Origin: an uncultured Flavobacteriales bacterium
GTDB taxonomy: Bacteria; Bacteroidota; Bacteroidia; Flavobacteriales; BACL11
Assembly: GCA_905478765.1 (NCBI GenBank)
Contig: CAJQJY010000009.1
Span: 298-64,297, forward strand
Direction of reading: 5' to 3'
DNA: 64,000 bases
The translations under genes and the position numbers were made by a program. Shown here one piece after another: positions 59,201 through 64,000 of the stretch. The number at the start of each line of letters is the position of its first letter. Position 1 is the stretch's first letter. Below the pieces are notes generated by a model. It searched no databases and was not told where the DNA came from. It was given only the letters and a program-made list of their open reading frames with translations.

Positions 59201-60019
59201 ATGAGAACAGAATGGAAAGAAATTATTGAGAACGCTTGGCAAAATCGAGATCTCTTAAAAGATAGTAATACAGTAACTTGCATTAATTCTATTATTGAAG
59301 AAATTGACAAAGGAAGAATGCGTACAGCTGAACCTACTGAAAATGGATGGAGAGTAAATGATTGGGTAAAAAAAGCAGTTATTCTATATTTCCCTATCAG
59401 AAAAATGGAAACAATTGAAATAGGACCATTAGAATTTCATGACAAAATGAAACTTAAAAGTGGTTATAAAGGACTTGGTGTGAGAGTTGTGCCGCATGCT
59501 ATTGCTCGATATGGAGCATATTTAGCTCCAGGAGTTATTATGATGCCATCCTATGTAAATATTGGTGCTTATGTTGACAGTGGAACTATGGTTGACACTT
59601 GGGCAACAGTTGGCTCTTGTGCTCAAATAGGTAAGAATGTACATTTATCTGGTGGAGTAGGGATTGGAGGTGTATTAGAACCTGTACAAGCATCTCCAGT
59701 AATTATTGAAGATGATGCTTTTATTGGATCAAGATCAATAGTGGTTGAAGGAGTTAAAATAGAAAAAGAAGCTGTACTTGGAGCTAATGTTGTACTCACA
59801 GCTTCAACAAAAATAATTGATGTAAGTGGTAACAAACCCAAAGAGTATAAAGGATTTGTTCCAGCTCGTTCAGTTGTAATTCCAGGAACATATAATAAAG
59901 AATTCCCAGCAGGAGACTATGGAGTTACATGCGCGCTAATAATTGGCAAAAGGAAGGAAAGTACAAATAAGAAAACATCATTAAATGATGCACTTAGAGA
60001 ATATAATGTAGCAGTATAA
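59201..60019 (+). CDS. dapD: 2,3,4,5-tetrahydropyridine-2,6-dicarboxylate N-succinyltransferase
   Basis: 272 aa from MRTEWKEIIENAWQNRDLL, with hexapeptide repeats (GAYVDSGTMVDTWATVGSCAQIGKNVHLSGGVGIGG). The track start at 59174 lies inside the terminator. Confidence 0.9.
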   Translation: MRTEWKEIIENAWQNRDLLKDSNTVTCINSIIEEIDKGRMRTAEPTENGWRVNDWVKKAVILYFPIRKMETIEIGPLEFHDKMKLKSGYKGLGVRVVPHAIARYGAYLAPGVIMMPSYVNIGAYVDSGTMVDTWATVGSCAQIGKNVHLSGGVGIGGVLEPVQASPVIIEDDAFIGSRSIVVEGVKIEKEAVLGANVVLTASTKIIDVSGNKPKEYKGFVPARSVVIPGTYNKEFPAGDYGVTCALIIGKRKESTNKKTSLNDALREYNVAV

Positions 60020-61140
60020 TGAGGATAGGGTTTGATGCAAAAAGAGCTTTTTTAAATAACACAGGTTTAGGCAATTATTCCCGTGACACTATTCGTATGC
60101 TTTCAAATTATTTTCCTGATAATAAATACTTTTTATATACAACTAAAGCAAAAGAAAACAGTCGCTTATCTTTTTTAAACAGCAACTCAAATACCTTTGT
60201 TCGCTCTCCTAAATCATTATTAAATCGAGCATTAAAATCATATTGGAGAAGCAGAAGTATTGTAAAAGATTTATTTACAAATAAGATAGAGATTTATCAC
60301 GGATTAAGTCATGAGTTACCAATTGGAATTGAAAAAACAAATATCAAAACTGTTGTGACTATTCATGATTTAATTTTCATTAGATACCCTCATTTGTTTA
60401 AAGCAATTGATAGGAGAATTTATTATAAGAAATTTAAATCTGCTTGCGAGAGAGCGGATAAAATTATTGCAGTAAGCGAGCAAACAAAGAAAGATATTAT
60501 TGACTTTTTCAATATCCCAAAAGAAAAAATTACTGTAATTTATCAAGGATGTAATAAAATATTCCAAAGCACTATTTCTGATGAAGAAATAAAAAATACT
60601 CTTTCAAAATATAAATTACCTGCTAATTATTTACTTTATGTAGGAACAATTGAAGAAAGAAAAAATCTTCTTACTTTACTTAAAACTTTAACTGACTTAC
60701 CTAATCAAAAGTTAGTAGTAATAGGCAATGGAAAATCATATAAAATCAAATGTTTAAGATTTATTTCTGAATACAATTTATCAGATAGGGTTATATTTCT
60801 AAGTGGACTTTCCCTTGAAGAAATGTCTGCAATATACCAATCAGCTGAGATTATGATTTACCCCTCAATATTTGAAGGTTTTGGAATACCAATACTAGAG
60901 AGTTTATTTAGCAGAACCCCAGTAATCACTTCAAAAGGTGGTTGTTTTTCGGAAGCAGGAGGAAAGCACAGTAAATACATCAACCCTTTATCAGTTAAGG
61001 AAATGAAAGAAGCAATTGTAGAAATACAGAAATATCCAGAGTTAAAAAAAGAAATGCAAGAAGAAGGATTAAAGTATGCTCAGAACTTTAAAGATGATAA
61101 GGTTGCTAATAATTTAATGAAAGTATATAAATCTATTTAA
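60019..61140 (+). CDS. Glycosyltransferase family 4 (GT-B, GT1 clan)
   Basis: 373 aa. C-terminal EGFGIPILESL motif typical of GT4. Start overlaps the dapD stop. Confidence 0.8.
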   Translation: MRIGFDAKRAFLNNTGLGNYSRDTIRMLSNYFPDNKYFLYTTKAKENSRLSFLNSNSNTFVRSPKSLLNRALKSYWRSRSIVKDLFTNKIEIYHGLSHELPIGIEKTNIKTVVTIHDLIFIRYPHLFKAIDRRIYYKKFKSACERADKIIAVSEQTKKDIIDFFNIPKEKITVIYQGCNKIFQSTISDEEIKNTLSKYKLPANYLLYVGTIEERKNLLTLLKTLTDLPNQKLVVIGNGKSYKIKCLRFISEYNLSDRVIFLSGLSLEEMSAIYQSAEIMIYPSIFEGFGIPILESLFSRTPVITSKGGCFSEAGGKHSKYINPLSVKEMKEAIVEIQKYPELKKEMQEEGLKYAQNFKDDKVANNLMKVYKSI

Positions 61141-61141
61141 A

Positions 61142-61936
61142 ATGAAAACCAGTTTAATTATAGCTACCTATAATTGGCCAGAAGCCCTGGAGCTTGTGCT
61201 ATTAAGCCTGCTTACACAAAGTTTTATTCCATATGAGGTGTTAATTGCAGATGACGGATCTACACTAGAAACCCAAGACTTAATCAATCGCTATTCGAGC
61301 AAGTTTCAAACTAGAATAAAACATGTATGGCAAGAAGATAAAGGATTTCAGAAAACAAGTATACTTAATAAGGCAGTTTTTGAGTCAAAAGGTGAATATA
61401 TCATTCAAATTGATGGAGACATAATAATGCACAAACATTTTATTATGGACCATATAAAGAATGCTAAAAAAAATAATTTCATTCACGGAAGCAGAGCATT
61501 TTTAAATGAAATCAAAACTAAACAGGCAATTCTAAATTCTAATATTAACTTTTCGTTTTTTGAAAAAGGAATTAAAAATCGTTTTAATTGTATACACTCA
61601 TCTTTTCTTGGATACTTGCTCAGTCAAAAAAATAAAACTTTAAAAGGAACTAGAGGATGTAATTTTTCTTTTTGGAAGGAAGATTTTATGAAGGCTAATG
61701 GTTACAATGAAGATATGAATAGTTGGGGAAAAGAAGACACTGAACTATCAGTAAGGCTAATGAACAATGGCATGCAAAAAAAAAATATAAAATGCTTAGC
61801 TGTTTGCTATCATCTTCATCATACTATTTCATCAAGAGCCGGTTTAAATATTAATAATACTATATTGAATCTAGCTATTAACAATAAGATAAAATTTTGC
61901 ACTAATGGAATCAATAAATATGCAAGCAGAAATTAA
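61142..61936 (+). CDS. Glycosyltransferase family 2
   Basis: 264 aa. SLIIATYNWPEAL...VLIADDGS and IQIDGDII (DxD). Confidence 0.8.
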   Translation: MKTSLIIATYNWPEALELVLLSLLTQSFIPYEVLIADDGSTLETQDLINRYSSKFQTRIKHVWQEDKGFQKTSILNKAVFESKGEYIIQIDGDIIMHKHFIMDHIKNAKKNNFIHGSRAFLNEIKTKQAILNSNINFSFFEKGIKNRFNCIHSSFLGYLLSQKNKTLKGTRGCNFSFWKEDFMKANGYNEDMNSWGKEDTELSVRLMNNGMQKKNIKCLAVCYHLHHTISSRAGLNINNTILNLAINNKIKFCTNGINKYASRN

Positions 61937-62462
61937 AAATGCTTTAAAAATACTTAAATCCGGTGGTACTATTTTATATCCAACTGATACTATTTGGGGT
62001 ATTGGTTGTGATGCTACAAACACTGATGCTGTAGTAAAAATTTACTCAATTAAAAAAAGAATAGAAAACAAGGCACTCATTTCATTAGTAGCCAATGCCA
62101 ATCAACTAAAACAGTTATGTAGTAAAATCCCTAAAGAAAGTTTGGAAGAAAATCCTACAACAATTATTTACGATAAAGTAAGGGGATTAGCTAATAATCT
62201 TTTAGCTCCAAATGGTTCAGCAGGAATCAGAATAGCTAAAGATAAATTTTGTAAAGAACTCATTAAGGTTTTTGGAAAACCAATTGTTTCTACTTCCGCA
62301 AATATCAGTGGAGAGCATAGTCCTATTAATTTTTCAGAAATATCTGAAGAAATAAAAAACAATGTTGATTATATAGTAAATTTACGCCAAAATGAAGACA
62401 TGCAAACGCCATCAGCAATATTACATTTAAATTCTGATGGAAGTATAAAAAAAATAAGATAA
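61920..62462 (+). CDS. tsaC: L-threonylcarbamoyladenylate synthase (TsaC/YrdC/Sua5 family)
   Basis: GGTILYPTDTIWGIGCDATN, PIVSTSANISGE. Start set to MQAEIKNAL (61920). The track start is 61905. Confidence 0.85.
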   Translation: MQAEIKNALKILKSGGTILYPTDTIWGIGCDATNTDAVVKIYSIKKRIENKALISLVANANQLKQLCSKIPKESLEENPTTIIYDKVRGLANNLLAPNGSAGIRIAKDKFCKELIKVFGKPIVSTSANISGEHSPINFSEISEEIKNNVDYIVNLRQNEDMQTPSAILHLNSDGSIKKIR

Positions 62463-63883
62463 TGAATTTTACTTCTGAGTTAAAAAATCCAATTTTCAGG
62501 ACAATACAAATTGTTGCTGATGAACTTAAATACCCTACATATGTTGTAGGGGGTTGGGTGCGCGATTTACTCTTAGATCGCAAACAAGATAAAACTGACA
62601 TTGACTTTGTTTGTATTGGAAGTGGTATTAAACTAGCGGAAAAAGTTGCAGAGAAACTTGGGGATGCAGCATCCTTTAAAGTATTCAGAAACTTTGGTAC
62701 TGCAATGATTCATTATAATTCAGAGGATTATGAATTTGTTGGAGCTCGAAAAGAATCTTACAGGAAAGGTAGCCGAAAACCAATTGTAGAAAATGGCACC
62801 CTTGAGGATGATCAAAATAGAAGAGATTTTACGATTAATGCAATGTCAATTCAATTAAACAAAGATAATTTTGGTTTGCTAATTGACCCGTTTAATGGTC
62901 AAAAAGACCTAGCAAATGGCATTATAAAAACGCCGCTTTCTCCTGACATAACATACTCTGATGATCCACTAAGAATGATGCGAGCAATAAGATTTGCAAC
63001 ACAACTTAACTTTACTATTGAAAAAAAATCTTACAATTCTATTAAGAAAAACTCAGTTCGACTTGGGATAATTTCACAAGAAAGAATTACTGAAGAACTA
63101 AATAAAATTATACTATCTAAAACGCCATCAATTGGATTTAAATTATTGTTTAATACAGAGTTATTACATCAGTTTTTTCCTCTTATGACAAAACTACATG
63201 GAATAGAATTCATAGGAAAGCATAGTCATAAAGACAACTTCTATCATACAATAGAAGTGCTTGATAATATTAGTAAAAACACAAATAATCTATGGTTAAG
63301 ATGGGCTGCAATATTACATGACATTGCAAAACCAAAAACAAAAAAATATAAAAAAGGACATGGATGGACTTTTCATGCACATGAATTTATTGGAGGAAAA
63401 ATGGTCCCAAAAATATTCAGAAATTTAAAACTACCTCTTAATGAAAAAATGAAGTATGTTCAAAAACTAGTAACACTCCATTTACGTCCAATAATTCTTG
63501 CAAAAGATATTATTACTGATTCTGCAATAAGAAGGCTGCTTTTTGATGCTGGAGATGATATTGATGATTTAATGATTCTTTGTGATGCTGATATCACATC
63601 AAAAAACCCTACTAAAGTTAAGAAATACTTAAATAATTTCCAGTTAGTGAGGAAAAAGCTTAAAGAAGTAGAAAAGAAAGATAATATTCGAAATTTTCAA
63701 CCTCCCATTGATGGATTAGAAATTATGCAACTCTTTAATATACAGGCAGGTAAAAAAATTGGTGTTTTGAAAAATGCAATTAAAGATGCAATACTTGATG
63801 GGGAAGTTAAAAACAATAGAGAAGAAGCTCTCAAATTTATTATAAAAAAAGGTAAAGAGATAAACCTGTCTCCAATAAAATGA
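62462..63883 (+). CDS. cca: CCA tRNA nucleotidyltransferase / poly(A) polymerase-family protein with HD domain
   Basis: 473 aa. VGGWVRDLLL, DIDF, RRDFTINAM head domain, and a later HD region (HDIAKP). The ATG shares 1 nt with the tsaC stop. Confidence 0.85.
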   Translation: MNFTSELKNPIFRTIQIVADELKYPTYVVGGWVRDLLLDRKQDKTDIDFVCIGSGIKLAEKVAEKLGDAASFKVFRNFGTAMIHYNSEDYEFVGARKESYRKGSRKPIVENGTLEDDQNRRDFTINAMSIQLNKDNFGLLIDPFNGQKDLANGIIKTPLSPDITYSDDPLRMMRAIRFATQLNFTIEKKSYNSIKKNSVRLGIISQERITEELNKIILSKTPSIGFKLLFNTELLHQFFPLMTKLHGIEFIGKHSHKDNFYHTIEVLDNISKNTNNLWLRWAAILHDIAKPKTKKYKKGHGWTFHAHEFIGGKMVPKIFRNLKLPLNEKMKYVQKLVTLHLRPIILAKDIITDSAIRRLLFDAGDDIDDLMILCDADITSKNPTKVKKYLNNFQLVRKKLKEVEKKDNIRNFQPPIDGLEIMQLFNIQAGKKIGVLKNAIKDAILDGEVKNNREEALKFIIKKGKEINLSPIK

Positions 63884-64000
63884 TAAAAATAATTAGAATT
63901 CATTTAGAACATAAAGATGATGTTATCAGAGATATTGCGATTTCTTCAGAAAAAACTATTGAATGTTTACACTTTGAAATTATTGATGCATTAAAGTTAG
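63880..64000 (+). CDS. Partial CDS (N-terminus only), possibly pRiA4b ORF-3-like family
   Basis: ATG 63880 overlaps the cca stop (ATGA). The peptide MIKIIRIHLEHKDDVIRDIAISSEKTIECLHFEIIDALKL weakly resembles the start of PRiA4_ORF3-type proteins. Truncated by the window end. Confidence 0.3.
   Translation, partial: MIKIIRIHLEHKDDVIRDIAISSEKTIECLHFEIIDALKL

Noticed and set aside
62326-62601. 91-aa minus-strand ORF spanning the tsaC/cca junction
   Set aside because: It is antisense to two well-supported genes. It is hydrophobic and low-complexity with no start context.
1-64000. Search for CRISPR arrays, rRNA, transposases, toxin-antitoxin or known defence-system genes
   Set aside because: I found none. 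No spaced direct-repeat arrays, no rRNA-like sequence, and no nuclease, ATPase or methylase clusters. Every long ORF has an ordinary assignment or is T9SS cargo.

Overview
AT-rich (not computed), almost fully coding chromosomal window from a Bacteroidota, Flavobacteriia-like genome. Supporting signs: many T9SS C-terminal sorting domains, a SecDF fusion, TAnnTTTG promoter boxes, and the rpsU/recombinase/hpf/tRNA/tuf gene order. The left ~11 kb (1..10857, minus strand) looks accessory. It holds tandem T9SS-exported proteins: CotH-like, Reg_prop propeller, CotH+lamin-tail, arylsulfotransferase-like and two M43 metalloproteases. An ECF sigma / anti-sigma / membrane-protein module sits among them. 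The rest is core: mazG, apbE, a small NqrM-like ORF, nqrABCDEF, a T9SS plug-like lipoprotein and pruA. Then comes the rpoC-rpoB-rplL-rplJ-rplA-rplK-nusG-secE-tRNATrp-tuf-tRNA(Gly,Tyr,Thr)-hpf-recombinase-rpsU block. After it: acyl-CoA dehydrogenase, apt, an alanine symporter, an RmlD-like reductase, three tiny membrane-protein genes (one missing from the ORF track), ydcF, pyrF, prfA, an AIR-synthase-like gene, a PorE-like OmpA protein, type II glutamine synthetase, tatA and secDF. The right end has an FG-GAP T9SS protein, a TonB-dependent receptor, an alpha/beta-hydrolase-like protein, dapD, two glycosyltransferases, tsaC and cca. I saw no rRNA, CRISPR array, transposase or recognisable defence or toxin system. 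The best lead is an exact bipartite motif, TCGAAT-N17-CGTCTA, present upstream of the ECF sigma gene and of the adjacent M43 protease. It suggests an autoregulated ECF regulon controlling T9SS cargo. Other leads: cysteine-rich mini-modules with near-identical DNA repeats, a recurrent leaderless-type promoter geometry, and a hydrolase whose nucleophile position reads Gly. All function calls come from reading motifs by eye; no searches were run.
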